DNA of 64,000 bases from Octopus vulgaris (GCA_951406725.2 OX597832.1:59768001-59832000), one strand, 5' to 3'; shown: positions 1-12,855, counted from the first letter of the stretch. The notes: a model not told the origin generated them from the letters alone. A program made the numbers and translations.

Positions 1-249
1 AAGAGGCGTAAGACCTAAGGATAATGGTTTTATCAGAATATATATATATATACTCAGAGACTTATCAAAATACATGCTCAGTAATATTTTTTCAATGATA
101 TAAACAGTAAATTTTTAGAATATATACACATTGAATGGGAATTTTTCATTGGCACCTTTCCTTTAATCTTTGGAGATTGAAAACACACCAGATCTTTGGT
201 TTTGTTGTAGTTTGCAGTATTCATAACTTGTGCTCAATTGGTGCACATA

Positions 250-436
250 CAGTTCTATATTTAAGAGATGAGGAATTATGTACATGATTTGCATTATGTA
301 CTTTAGTTAATTTCGACGGATATTTTGTCTTCATCTTGTTTGTTGTTAACACAACGTTTCGGCTGATATACACTCCAGCCTTCTTCAGGTGTCTTGGGAA
401 TGAGAACCCAGGTTCGAAATTTCCTCAAGACACCTG
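250..436 (-). mobile_element. Penelope-like terminal repeat (pLTR) fragment containing a hammerhead, with a short inverted duplication
   Basis: Contains the hammerhead at 348-393. caggtgtcttg (386-396) is the reverse complement of caagacacctg (426-436), so two copies lie in inverted orientation, as is typical of PLE insertions. The right copy is cut off by a SINE. Confidence 0.6.
348..393 (-). ncRNA. Minimal type-I hammerhead ribozyme
   Basis: Minus strand reads gacac CTGAAGA a GGCTG gagtgtatat CAGCC GAAAC GTT gtgtt. Stem I acac/gtgt, stem II GGCTG/CAGCC, palindromic stem III (AACGTT), GUU cleavage triplet. Confidence 0.75.
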
Positions 437-766
437 TGCGTAACTTGTACTTAATTTATCGACCCCGAAAGGATGAAAGGTGAAGTCGACCTCGGCGGAA
501 TTTGAACTCAGAACGTAAAGACAGACGAAATACCTATTTCTTTATTACCCACAAGGGGCTAAACATAGAGGGGACAAACAAGGACAGACATAGGTATTAA
601 GTCGATTACATCGACCCCCAGTGCGAAACTGGTACTTAATTTATCGACCCCGAAAGGATGAAAGGAAAAGTCAACCTCGGCGGAATTTGAACTCAACGTA
701 AAGACAGACGAAATACCGCTAAACATTTCGCCCGGCGTGCTAACGTTTCTGCCAAATCGCCGCCTT
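437..766 (-). mobile_element. SINE family A (tRNA-derived), internally duplicated copy
   Basis: Reverse complement starts ggcggcgatttggcagaaacgttagcacgccgggcgaaatg, with B-box-like gagttcaaattcc and the central cctttcatcctttcggggtcgataaattaagtac block present twice. More than 15 related copies occur in the window. Confidence 0.85.
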
Positions 767-1619
767 AGATTGATTGATTGCTTTAGTTCTTGACCCTAAT
801 ACAGTCATGTTTCACTAATGTGTAGGTGAGCAGAAGAGGTGCGTTTATGCAGTTAATCGACATTCTAAAAATAGCAGTCAAACTACTTTATATCACACAC
901 TGTATTGTCTTCAAAAGAAAAAAGAAAAAAAGATGTCCTTTGATAATTCGGTCCAAGATATACCACGATGGCACCGATGAAATGCAATAAAGTATGACCT
1001 GAAGCTCAACATAAACAACAATTACATTTTATTGCTGCGTGAGTTGGGAGAATCTGTAGCGGCGAAGGAGAATTGAAATAGAAGGAGAAAGTTAAAGAAT
1101 GCGAGTGAATGACATTTAGATAAAGACTGCGAACGATGGACAAACAGATTTTTTTTTTTAAATGGAAGACTTTCCTACACAGATTAATTGTTGCCTTCTA
1201 TCTATTAGGAAAAGGAAGAAAGCTTTCGCGCAGAACCCACACAAACGTCACAGCATTCGACATCTTAGAGGATTCCGAGTGCATATAACTACTCGTGTAC
1301 ATTGGACTTGAGGGGCTCTAGAAATGAATTCTAATTCTTGAGTGTATAATCCTATTAACCTGCATTTTAACCCCAAGCAATCTTTGCAACAACTATTAAC
1401 TCTTATGTATTTAAATACACAAAACAGATCTCGGCTTGTGCTGAGTGGAGTAAAGTGTAATGAATTTCGCTCCATTTTTATATTGTAGGATGAAAACCGA
1501 GGTTGTGAACATCAGGAAGTATTTACAAAGTGTTTATACCGACATGAGATATCACACAAAATCCTTTACGTGTCGGAAATTGTTATAATCTAGTCCTGAT
1601 AGCATGTTAAAATAAGCGA

Positions 1620-2065
1620 AGTCGTGTAACCAAGTAACGGACTCTCGACTGAGAGGTCATGAGTTGTATCCTTAAGCAAGGCTCTTTATTTTAATGTTGC
1701 TCCAGGCTAATCAACAGGCAAAAATGAGCCATATCTATATATCCTTTTCTACTCTCAGGCCAAGGCCCGAAATTTTGGGGAAGGGGACCCGACAATTACA
1801 TTGACTCCAGTACGCAACTGGTACTTAAATTATCGACCCCAAAAGGATGAAAGGCAAAGTCGACCTTGGCGGAATTTGAACTAAGAACGTAAAGACAGAC
1901 GAAATAGTAATATCTATATATCGAAGGACCAGCCTTGTCACATGTTTTGGCACGCGGAATCTCCCTGATACGCGTGTCTGTGGAGTGCTCAACCACTTGC
2001 ACGTTAATTTCACGGGCAGGCTGCTCCGCTGATCGGAACAACTGGAACTCTTGTTGTCGAACCCT
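1620..2065 (+). mobile_element. SINE family D, interrupted by a SINE A fragment (1742-1905, minus)
   Basis: 1926-2060 (ggaccagccttgtcac...gtctgtggagtgctcaaccacttgcacgttaatttcacg) is homologous to the reverse complement of 48240-48385. A decayed head is present at 1620-1730. Confidence 0.6.
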
Positions 2066-2176
2066 TGACCGACGGACTAGTCGTTAAAATAAACTTGGAC
2101 CATTAATCAACAATTGCACAATAACTGTACGGCTAGAGATTAGTACGTAATAATTTCTGATATATATCTGAATATT

Positions 2177-2357
2177 GGCGCTGGAGTGGCTGTGTGGTAA
2201 GTAGCTTGCTTACCAACCACATGGTTCCGCGTTCAGTCCCGCTGTGTGGCAACTTGGACGAGTCTTCTACTATAGCCTCGAACCGACCAAAGCCTTGTGA
2301 GTGGATTTTGTAGACGGAAACTGAAAGAAGCCTGTCGTATATATATATATATATGTG

Positions 2358-2401
<44 letters not shown>

Positions 2402-2605
2402 TGTGTGTGTCAGTGTCACCCCACCAACATCGCTTGACATGAGATGCTGGTGTGTTTACGTCCCCGTAACTTAGCGGTTCGGCAAAAAGTGAACCGATAG
2501 AGTAAGAACTAAGCTTAGAAAGAATAAGTCCTGGTCTCGATTTGCTCGACTAAAAGGTGGTGCTCTAGCATGGCCGCAGTCAAATGACCGAAACGAGTAA
2601 AAGAG
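2177..2605 (+). mobile_element. SINE family B, near full length, with internal (TA)n(TG)n
   Basis: Head ggcgctggagtggctgtgtggtaagtagcttgc...gttcagtccc (A/B-box-like) and tail gcatggccgcagtcaaatgac..aaac.agtaaaaga. Colinear with the copy at 58655-59050. Confidence 0.9.
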
Positions 2606-2669
2606 GAAAGGAACATATATAAATGTGTGCGTGCGCGTGTGTCTGTGTGTGTGTGTTTGTGTGTGTGTC

Positions 2670-2781
<112 letters not shown>

Positions 2782-3048
2782 TGTGTGTGTGTGTTGTATG
2801 CTTACATGCATATATACATCCATTATATTCATTGATGTACAATGGCCGCCATCACAGACATCCATCAGTTTCTAAAGACACGAGCACCAACTTACAAGCG
2901 TGTGCTTAAAGCTGAGACGACAGTCAGTGCTAGAAAGAGGGCGAAATAACAGTTGAATTACCGTTAAACCTGACATTGCTGTTTTAGAAAGGAAAACTGA
3001 GCATTGAAAAACGTAATCCTCGGTAGACAACGGCATTTAGAAAAACTA

Positions 3049-3311
3049 TTAGGTTGGTGCATAACTATTGCGGCTTTTTTTCAACAAATTGAAGTCAGCA
3101 AAAACAATAACAATATTTAAATTAAACATCTTTAAATGACGGTCTGGCCGTCTGCCAAGCAAATGGGGAGCAGTAATTGAAGTAGATGATGAATATGCTC
3201 CGGAATAATCAATTAAAAATGTTTTTGTTACATGTTGTTATTGTTTTTGTGGAATAAAATTTGTTGAAAAAAAAAAAAAAGAGCCGCAATAATTATGCAC
3301 CAACCAACTAA
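3049..3311. mobile_element. Mariner-type MITE
   Basis: Left TIR ttaggttggtgcataactattgcggc follows TA (3047-3048). Right end gccgcaataattatgcaccaacc. Inverted similarity extends internally and there is no ORF. Confidence 0.8.
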
Positions 3312-3806
3312 TCAATATTAGCGGTTGGTCACTGTTGGAATGTCTGTTGCTCGTAGGTCTGCCAGCTCAGTGCTGACACTGGGCTAAACGAGAATAGCAA
3401 CAAGAGTAATACTGTATCTAGTACATTCGTTGGGTCGGTGTGGGTTGTTGTGATGGTGTGTATTGCTACGGCAGACAAACCGCGCGTACGGCATCATGCC
3501 AAGAATTTCTTTCCAACCCATTAGTTCCACTTAACCTCCGTTTCTCATCACCTCGCACCACAAACGCCACCGCCAACACTGTCAGTATCACCACCACCAC
3601 CACCAATGCCATCACCAACACCACCAACGGCACCATCGCGAGTTCCTCCTCTACTAACCAACCCTTCCATCAGTTTCCTAATTTCGTCCTAACCTTGTAC
3701 ACTTTATCAAAAATACCCTCGCTATTTCTACCCTTTCCTCGAAGCGTACCTCCTTTAATTTTCTCCTTCTCAACCGCTCCTCTCTGCCTATCTTAATCTC
3801 TCCCAT

Positions 3807-3860
<54 letters not shown>

Positions 3861-4044
3861 ACACAAACACGTACCAACCCCCACAAACACACAGACGCTC
3901 ACTAGCCTACGAACGCTTGCGTTTTCTAAATCGTTTTAGCGTTATCTCCATCAAATTATCACAGCATCCACTTCATATTCTATTAATATCACTACCCCCA
4001 TTGAGCACTATTCCTTCCCTTGCCATTTGCACCATACAAGAACA

Positions 4045-4092
<48 letters not shown>

Positions 4093-4146
4093 ACACACAC
4101 GCATGCGCACACCTGTATGTGTACATACATACATATACATACATAC

Positions 4147-4291
<145 letters not shown>

Positions 4292-4580
4292 GAGGGTAAA
4301 CGTTTTTATTTCTCTTTCCATTTCAGAATTACAACTATTAGTGGTTTGGAGTTTAGCTGCTCTTTCTAGTGAGTCCGATGTCCTATTATAGCCATCCCTT
4401 ATATTTTTGAATATATATGTATATATGTATATATATATGTATATATATACGTATATACATTTAAATATGCGTGTACGCAGGTGTATGTATGTATACACAC
4501 GCACACACACATATATATACATATACATGTATATTTACGTATGTATGCATGTATGTGAGAGAATATAAATATATATATAA

Positions 4581-4947
4581 GGCGTAGGTGTGGCTGTGTG
4601 GTAAGTAGCTTGCTTATGAACCATATGGTTCCGGGTTCAGTTCCACTGCGTGGCACCTTGGGCAAGTGCCTTGTGAGTGGATTTAGTAGACGGAAACTGA
4701 AAGAAGCGCGTCGTATATATGTATACATATATATGTTTGTGTCTGTGTGTATGTTTATGTGTCTGTATTTGTCCCCCCAACATCGCTTGACAGCCGATGC
4801 TGGTGTGTTTACGTCCCTGTAACATAGCGGTTCGACAAAATAGACCAATAGAATAAGTACTAGGCTTACAAAGAATAAGTCCTGGGGTCGATTTGCTCGA
4901 CTAAAGACGGTGCTCCAGCATTGAAACAAGTAAAAGAGAGTAAAGAG
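4581..4947 (+). mobile_element. SINE family B with internal deletions
   Basis: Same head, central and tail blocks as 2177-2605. Confidence 0.85.
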
Positions 4948-4948
4948 A

Positions 4949-4982
<34 letters not shown>

Positions 4983-5073
4983 CAAACACAAGCGAGCTGA
5001 CACCCAATTAAATGTTGTGGGTTAGAAAGAAATATGAAAGCGCTAAACCATTTCGTTTCCAAGTTTGTGTGCA

Positions 5074-5110
<37 letters not shown>

Positions 5111-5317
5111 CGTGTGTGTGTGTGTACGTACGTACGTGTTTGTGTACAGTAGTTTGTGTACGACAGAGACACTTATAATTACGTAATATACACAATTATA
5201 TCGCCACATTTTCACCAAGGTTCACTTGTGTACTGCAAGCTGATAACTATTTAGATAAGTGTCTATATACATGTTTATATTAGTATATATTTCATATATA
5301 TATACATATATCATTCT

Positions 5318-5520
5318 TAATTCTTTTACTTCTTTCAGTCATTTGACTGCGGCCATGCTGGAGCACTGCCTTTAGTCGACCTAGTCGAGCCCGTGACTTT
5401 TTTGTAAGCCTAATATTTATTCTAGGCCTCTTTTGCCGAACGGCTAGGGTACGGGGACGTAAACATACCAACATCTGTTATCAAGCGATGGCGAGGGGGA
5501 AAACACAGAGACACAAACAT
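5318..5520 (-). mobile_element. SINE family B, 3' half
   Basis: cagtcatttgactgcggccatgctggagcac...gacgtaaaca is the reverse complement of the family B tail. A matching 5' fragment lies at 6072-6165. Confidence 0.8.
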
Positions 5521-5553
5521 ATACATAGATACATACATATACACACATATATA

Positions 5554-5793
5554 TCTATTATATAAATTAAGTTCTGTCTGTGGGTATGTCTTCAGTTCGT
5601 CTGTGTGTAAGATCTCGGGCATCCTCCATCTGATTGCGCTCAAATTTGATATGTAGATACCGACGGTATCAGGGGGTGTATAAGTCTTGAAAAGATTACA
5701 AAAATCAATTCCAGGTGAGAATGCGATCGATAAAGCTGTGGGAACGTGCATTTGTACGTGCAAGTACATCAGCTGTTGCGATGTACTTACTGG
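5554..5793 (+). mobile_element. Probable non-autonomous Helitron-like element
   Basis: Starts A|TCtattatataaa followed by ctgtctgt. Ends with the perfect 9-bp hairpin aagtacatc/gatgtactt (5762-5788) and CTGG|T. The hairpin is closer to the end than usual. Confidence 0.5.
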
Positions 5794-6026
5794 TACTTTA
5801 ACCTCTTCGGTTGCATATTTGTGTGAATAAAATCGCTTTTCTTTGGAATAGAAAGTCCATCTTTATTTCTTCTTTTGCTGGTATCTCAAATTTAGGTTAA
5901 ATCAGTGTTTCTCAAAGGGGAGGTCTATGGTGCAGTCGGACAAGTTGTTTTGAGAAAATTTGGTTTAAAATCTGACAACTCAGCACCGTCCATTGGACAG
6001 GGGGCGTTTTGCTCGTATATACATAC

Positions 6027-6072
<46 letters not shown>

Positions 6073-6166
6073 CCGACGGGCTTCTTTCATTTTCCGTCTA
6101 CCAAATCTACTTACAAGGCTTTGGTCGGCCCGAGGCTATATTAGAAGAAAATTGCCCAAGGTGCTA

Positions 6167-6274
<108 letters not shown>

Positions 6275-6407
6275 CATGCATACAAACATGCACACACATC
6301 TATATCTTTCTATCTATATGTATGTGTGTGTGTGTCAGTATATATAGACATACACACATATATATATCTGTATATATATATATATAAGTATATATATATA
6401 TGTGAGC

Positions 6408-6438
<31 letters not shown>

Positions 6439-6534
6439 TGTATGTATGTATTCATGGATATAGAGATATTGTTTGTAATGTATCTGCACCGAGAAATATG
6501 TATGTTCTCTTAAAAATGAAATATAAGAAAGAGC

Positions 6535-6772
6535 CGGTTTAACCGTTTGGTGTTGTGTTCGTAAACCGTCCCAATAGGCTTAGTGTAGTGTGGGCAGTAC
6601 CACTGCTTAATACACCTTCAACATTGTCACCAGCGTAATTCTTTTCCTCTACCATACTGATTGACGTTGCGGCCCGAATGTTAAGCCTTCCTTGGCGTGC
6701 ATGTGTCGATGTCGTCTTCAATGTTCACAGACCTGGAGAATGTGTTACCGAAGTACGTGAACTTATCAACAA
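6535..6772 (-). pseudogene. RTE-clade LINE reverse-transcriptase C-terminal remnant
   Basis: Minus-strand translation across frameshifts gives IVDKFTYFGNTFSRSVNIEDDIDT...VW*RKRITLVTMLKVY*AVVLPTL, matching the RTE motifs F.YLGS and TKLKVY.AVVLPTLLY. Confidence 0.8.
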
Positions 6773-6832
6773 TCTACACAAATACATACATACACATAAA
6801 TGTATATACATATATATATATATATTTATACG

Positions 6833-7145
6833 TCTTCTTTCAGTTTCCGTCTACTAAACGCCACCGCCATCACTATCACTATCATCAATGCCATCACCAA
6901 CACCACCAACGACACCATCGCGAGTTCCTCCTCCACAAAACAACCCTTCCTCCAGTTTCCTAATTTCATCCTAACCTTGTACACTTTATCAAAAATACCC
7001 TCGTTATTTCTACACATTCCTCGAAGCGTACCTCTTTTGGTCGACCCGGGACAATAGTAGAAGACACCCAAGGTGCCACGCAGTGGGACTGAACTCGGAA
7101 CCGTGTGGTTGAGTAGCACGCGTCTTATCACACAGCAACTCCTAT
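6833..7145 (-). mobile_element. SINE family B 5' half, split by a ~180-bp templated insertion
   Basis: cttctttcagtttccgtctact (6834-6855) resumes at tttggtcgacccggg...gtgccacgcagtgggactgaac (7036-7145). The intervening 6856-7034 copies 3562-3752. Confidence 0.8.
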
Positions 7146-7146
7146 C

Positions 7147-7256
<110 letters not shown>

Positions 7257-7286
7257 GTATATATGTACACATTCATTAATCCGTAC

Positions 7287-7527
7287 CTTCCCCTGTCAGC
7301 CAGCAAGTAAAATGTGGTCTAACAGAAAAACAGAGAGAAATAAAACTGACTGTGAAAATCTCTGACCTTTTTCATGCTTGCGTTAGTGAAACTAACAAAC
7401 GGAAGTACACTTACCGATTTCCCGTTTATACACTTAGCCGCTTTTACAGACTGCTTCTTTATACGCCATTTTATCTATATTCTTTTACATCCGATTAACA
7501 TAGTAAGTTCTGTCTAGAGCCAATCAC
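7287..7527 (-). promoter_or_regulatory. Candidate promoter with two short 5' exons (about 7415-7500 and 7287-7318)
   Basis: agccaatca CCAAT box (7518-7526), YY1-type AAAATGGCG (7464-7472), donor G|GTAAGT (7409-7414), CACTAAC branch-like motif (7382-7388), polypyrimidine tract plus ttag acceptor (7319-7320), donor AAG|GTACGG (7281-7286). Motif evidence only. Confidence 0.35.
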
Positions 7528-7654
7528 TTAATGTCTATGTGTACATAAATATTTATATATAAATATATGTGAGTACCTGTTTGTATGCAGTATGTATGTG
7601 TGGGCAGCGGTGAGGTTCCCATATGAGTGTGTGTATATACATTATATACATACA

Positions 7655-7685
<31 letters not shown>

Positions 7686-8123
7686 GTATATATATATATA
7701 CATATATATATACATATGCATACATGTACATATATATATATACATACATACATACACACACACATATATATGCATGCATACCTATATATACATATATATA
7801 TATGTATATATGTGTGAATATATATATATATATATTAGTGTATATATGTATATATGAATATATGTTAGTCTGAGTATAAATATATATGTATACTTATTAA
7901 TCTGTATATATGCATATATATATGTGTATACATATATACATATATACATATGTGTGTGTGTTTAGATACCAAGAAAAATGTACAAACTCATACACGCAAG
8001 CACACATACATTTTTACACAGATACATTAAGTCACACACATCTGTTTACATGAATGCATACACATATATACACATATATTTCTACCCACGAACACAAACA
8101 CAAGAATGCCCACGCATACATGT

Positions 8124-8175
<52 letters not shown>

Positions 8176-8298
8176 GTATATATATATATATTATATATAA
8201 ATAAAGAGAGAGAGAGGGCGATAAGTCGCTCTTTTTCTCACTCTCTTTCTCTCACACTCTCTCTCTCTCTCTTTCTATATATATAAATATATCAATTA

Positions 8299-8364
<66 letters not shown>

Positions 8365-10563
8365 TACATACATGTATATCAACATATCCGCATAATTGTA
8401 TACTGGGAGTGTTATGGCTATTAGCGGTTTCCTTTATTATAACGAAAACAAGTATTTCGGGGACATTACCGAAAAGACTGTAAGAGAAAATCGTGTCTAC
8501 GAGTGTGCATGAATAGAAATATCGCTAGTAGCATCTGATAAACCTAATGAGTTATTGCTGATAAAAGTACCTCGAGTGGAAACCTCTAATGAACATAAAA
8601 AATATTATTAATGTTTAGATTCGTAATTGACGCTAGACCCTTCCAATTGAGAAATTTTAACTGTTATCGTTGTTATTTAATGTGGTTTTGTCAGGAATTG
8701 TCTGTTACTCGTATATCTGTTACGCTGCTGCTTCTATACCAAAGCGATGTTTCTCGTCTGAATCCAACCAGGATAAAAAGCCTCTCCACTGATTTACAGA
8801 AAACCACTCATCCACCAACATATTTTTAAGTCTAACTCTCAGACGGTTACTTATAATTCATCCCTCCTTTGCTATCGCTGTTAAAAATGTCGATATAACG
8901 ATTGTCCCTTTGTCCCTTACGCTAATGAATCGTGTATATTATAAACAGGCATTTGTCGGAAAGGTAGTTGTTTTCCTGCGACGAAATGCAACAATATTTA
9001 GCATGTTCACTAACGAGACTGTTGGCACATATTAAAAATTAATATCCATGTCATCATTTTGATTCTCGCTGAGCACCATGCATATGACATGTCATTGTCA
9101 GCGGGCAGATATCATCATGCATTATTGAGCAAGGATTTTGCTGAACTTGTAAAACAAGTGAATTAGTTCATGTTAGATTTCTTGATCCGCGGGTGCTTTT
9201 CACTGACGACATACAAGTATGTCGAAATGTCGACTATTACAAATACACATTCGTCGTAAAGAAGAAACTGTTCTGTGTCAAAACACAACAACGAGAACCA
9301 TAATTCACGTTAAAACATACTGGAACGCATTGAGAACAAATATGAGAGCCACCGTGATTTGGTTCTCAGATTTAGTTCCAAGTCCGACACATCTGACACC
9401 ACATAGTGTCGCGAAGAAATTAGCTTCCTGATTTGCAATAAAAGATCGAATTGATCTGTTAATTTTTTATTAAGTTTCCATAAACCTTACATAACTCTAA
9501 AGGACCACATACCATTTAGTTCACGAAATCCAAATGCAATTAATCATCGCGATACCAAGACAATAACAAAGACTAGGAAGTCAGTATGCAACTACGACGA
9601 TTCCTACTGGGAAAAAGGTAATAGGCAATCTTTTATCCGACGTCACTATAAAGAACTATGACGAAAATGGGGAGAAAAATCATGTGGTGTTTTTCATTCT
9701 CGATGTCCACAGGGATCGTACCACACTATAGCACTGGATTGCATGCAGATAACGGTTTAACAATCATTGATGATATGACTGATTACATTATAGATGGTCT
9801 AAGAGAGTTTTCCGTGGGAATATCTTAGAAATTTTAATTGAATATAAGTATTTCACCCTGGAGTAACATCATCTAGATGTTTCTGATTGTAAAGAAATAA
9901 AGGCTTGCCAATGAAATTAAGCATTAACTTAATGATAGCCAAATTCTTAAATGCAGGAACGGTTGAAAGAAGGATATAGACGAGAGTTCACGATTTAGAC
10001 GTAAGCAAAACAAGTAAACAGCACCTCCACATAATGTCAAGTAAGCACGCTATACGTGCACTCAAAAACATAGGTGTGTCCCAGTCGTAATTAGAAAAGC
10101 TTTCATCTGTCGACTGGGGCGATGGTGGTGGTGCTATAGTTCTTGCAGGTGGAGTGATGCCGCAGCTGCTCCTGCAGATAATGACGATGGTGATGATGAT
10201 GATGCTTGTGGTGGTGGTGGTCGTCGTCGTGGTCGTCGTCGTAGTGATGGCCACGGTAGGGATGCTGACGATGGCGATAACGATATCAATGATGATGGAG
10301 GTGATGATTATAATCATGTTTTATGGCCAGGTGAAAAAAAAACGAAGTGGATGTAGGGTGAATGGAACAAGGGATTTATGATGCTAATGAAAATAATGAG
10401 ATAGTTCGGCATTGTCTTTATAGGGTCGATGCTAGTGGTGCTTCATGTTGTCGTGCGGTCTGCTAGAAATAACAACCAAATCGTCCCCGACTTGCAGCGT
10501 CTGCAAAAGGGAAGTACATCCTACATTATACACTGTAGGACAAGACACACACATACACGCACG

Positions 10564-10623
<60 letters not shown>

Positions 10624-10784
10624 TATACCTGATGAAGAACAGATTCCTTCACCTATTCTCGAGCAGGAAGTTCGTTATTAGTGCCATTCTCTACCATAAG
10701 TATACGCTATCCAGAAATGGGTTCAATGAATAACTAGCACTTTCAGAAAATACTTCAAGCGAAAGGAGAATCAACAAGTGATAG

Positions 10785-10915
10785 AAAGCCTGGTTTAATC
10801 CATTATGCAAACTGTTGCTTCTAATAATATAGCCAAGAACCTTCAAGACATTAGAAAAGAGTTCCCATTTTCTCATAAATATAACAAACGTACAAACACT
10901 CATAACGTTAGGTCA
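10785..10915 (+). pseudogene. Penelope-like element ORF remnant (region between RT and GIY-YIG)
   Basis: Translation across a frameshift gives KAWFNP...VASNNIAKNLQDIRKEFPFSHKYNKRTNTHNVR, resembling the PLE motif WFNPP..V.TNI.K.FL.LI.KHFP..H...K.FN.N.VK. More decayed RT-like sequence may extend upstream to ~9480. Confidence 0.65.
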
Positions 10916-11196
10916 GTTCCTACCTTTGCAACATCGGTTCTCCAATCACTCACGACAGAAAGCGCCAGCTTCAATACCAAACATGTAACTGTTGAATTAT
11001 ACGTAGTTGCCTAGACACTCTAAAGAAGCGATGTTTCTAGACTGTATAACACACGTGTGTTACCGAAAAAAAGTTTCACTAGATTCATTGCGAAGATTTG
11101 TTTCAAAAGCATTATCACCATTATCTATATTCATTAGAGGCACAGGATAGGTAAAAATCAGCACCATCATTTTCAGAGATCAAAACCATAAACACT

Positions 11197-11825
11197 TTCT
11201 TATTTCTTTATTGCCCACAAGGGGCTAAACATAGAGGGGACAAACAAGGACTAACAAACGGATTAAGTCGATTGTATGTTAATGTAATGTATGTTAATGT
11301 ATGTTAATGTGCGTAACTGGTACTTAACTTATCGACCCCGAAAGGATGAAAGGCAAAGTCGACCTCGGCGGAAATTGAACTCAGAACGTAACGGCAGACG
11401 AAATATGGCTAAGCCTTTCGCCCGGCGTGCTAGCGTTTCTGCCAGCTCGCCGCCTTAAAAATCTTAATTTAAGGCTCACCGCCTTAAAAACCTTAATTTA
11501 AGGCTCACCGCCTTAAACACCAAAAACACTTTATAGTAACATATAGTATCATTGATAAAGCCACAACAAACGGATTAAGTCGATTTTATCGACCCCAGTG
11601 CGTAACTGGTATTTATTTAATCGACGCCGAAAGGATGAATGGCAAAGTCGACCTCGGCGGAATTTGAACTCAGAACGTAACGGCAGACGAAATATGGCTA
11701 AGCATTTCGCCCGGCGTGCTAACGTTTTTGCCAGCTCGCCGCCTTAAAAACCTAAATTTAAGGCTTACCGCCTTAAACACCGTAAACACTTTCTAGTAAC
11801 ATATAGTATCATTGATAAAGCCGCA
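11197..11825 (-). mobile_element. Tandem duplication of a SINE A copy plus its flank (~260-310 bp unit)
   Basis: acaaacggattaagtcgatt...gccagctcgccgccttaaaaa...tagtaacatatagtatcattgataaagcc occurs twice (about 11254-11562 and 11566-11822). Confidence 0.85.
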
Positions 11826-12386
11826 ACATACTTCAGTGGATCAGGAAATAGCGGCCTTTCCCAAACTCGAAAGTTACAGACATTAAAAACAGTCAGTAAT
11901 AACATTTAAGCATAGTTCTCAGATATTATCTAATTGTCTTCATCGGAGAAAATTACTCTTGGACGGATTCCAACGCCTGCCGTTTCAGATCCACAGCCAT
12001 TAATCTAACAACTGCCACAAACCGATTCCATCGTGATGAATAAACATTAACAAAAATACTCTGTGTTCGCCATTGACATTTGCTATAAATAAACTTCAGC
12101 ATTATTGGTTTAGCGAGGCATTAGTTCTTATCGAAATTTACCATGTATAGGGTACGATAGAAAAGAATAGAACATCCCATATTGTACTCGGCGATTGATG
12201 TGGCGCTATTAAAGTTAGGCAGATACAATGATGTTTTTTCATAGAGCTGAGGTGTTATTTTTGTTTCGTCTTTGGTTACCATTTTCGCTTGGATTCGTGC
12301 GTACTAAGTGTTTACCATTGTAATGTTCAGAAAAAATGGTGAATTTGGTGTATTTCGCCATATCCTATAAATATTAGCGTAGATGT

Positions 12387-12622
12387 TGAAGGTGCGTGCC
12401 TGACAATGTGATTGCAAGACAGAGGTTGTGATTCGTGGGGCGGGCAATGCCGTGAGTTCTTGGGGAAAACACTTGATTTCACGTTACTCCAGTGCATGGG
12501 GTTACAAATGAGGAAACCAGCGAGGGACTAGCGTCCCGCTCAGGGCTGAGTAGGGATCTCGGTCTCTTATAAACCATGGAAACCGCGTAACCGGCCCTAT
12601 CAGTCCTAGGACTCGAAACAGT
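12387..12622 (+). mobile_element. Old SINE (family E) with a V-domain-like block
   Basis: ttcttggggaaaacacttgatttcacgttactccagt followed by ccagcgagggactagcgtcccgctcagggc resembles the CCTGCGATGGACTGGCGTCCCGTCCAGGG block of V-SINEs. Recognised from memory, not by search. Confidence 0.5.
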
Positions 12623-12639
12623 AATGTTCTGGTGTGTAT

Positions 12640-12822
12640 GTTGATGATGATGATAGTGATGTTGATGATGATGCTCATCATGATGATGAGCATCATCATC
12701 AACATCATGATGCCCATCATGAGGATGAGGATGATGATGATAGTGATGACGACGATTACGACGACGATGGTGACGACTACGGTGTTGGTGGTGGTGATGA
12801 TGATGATGATGATGATGATGAC

Positions 12823-12855
<33 letters not shown>

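Noticed and set aside
8552-8593. Hammerhead-like ttattg CTGATAA...GAAAC CTC taatga
   Set aside because: G8 is altered, stem II is unconvincing and stem III does not pair. At best a heavily decayed relic.
10629-10665. CTGATGA followed by a hairpin
   Set aside because: The hairpin is followed by cGAGC rather than GAAA, and stems I and III are absent.
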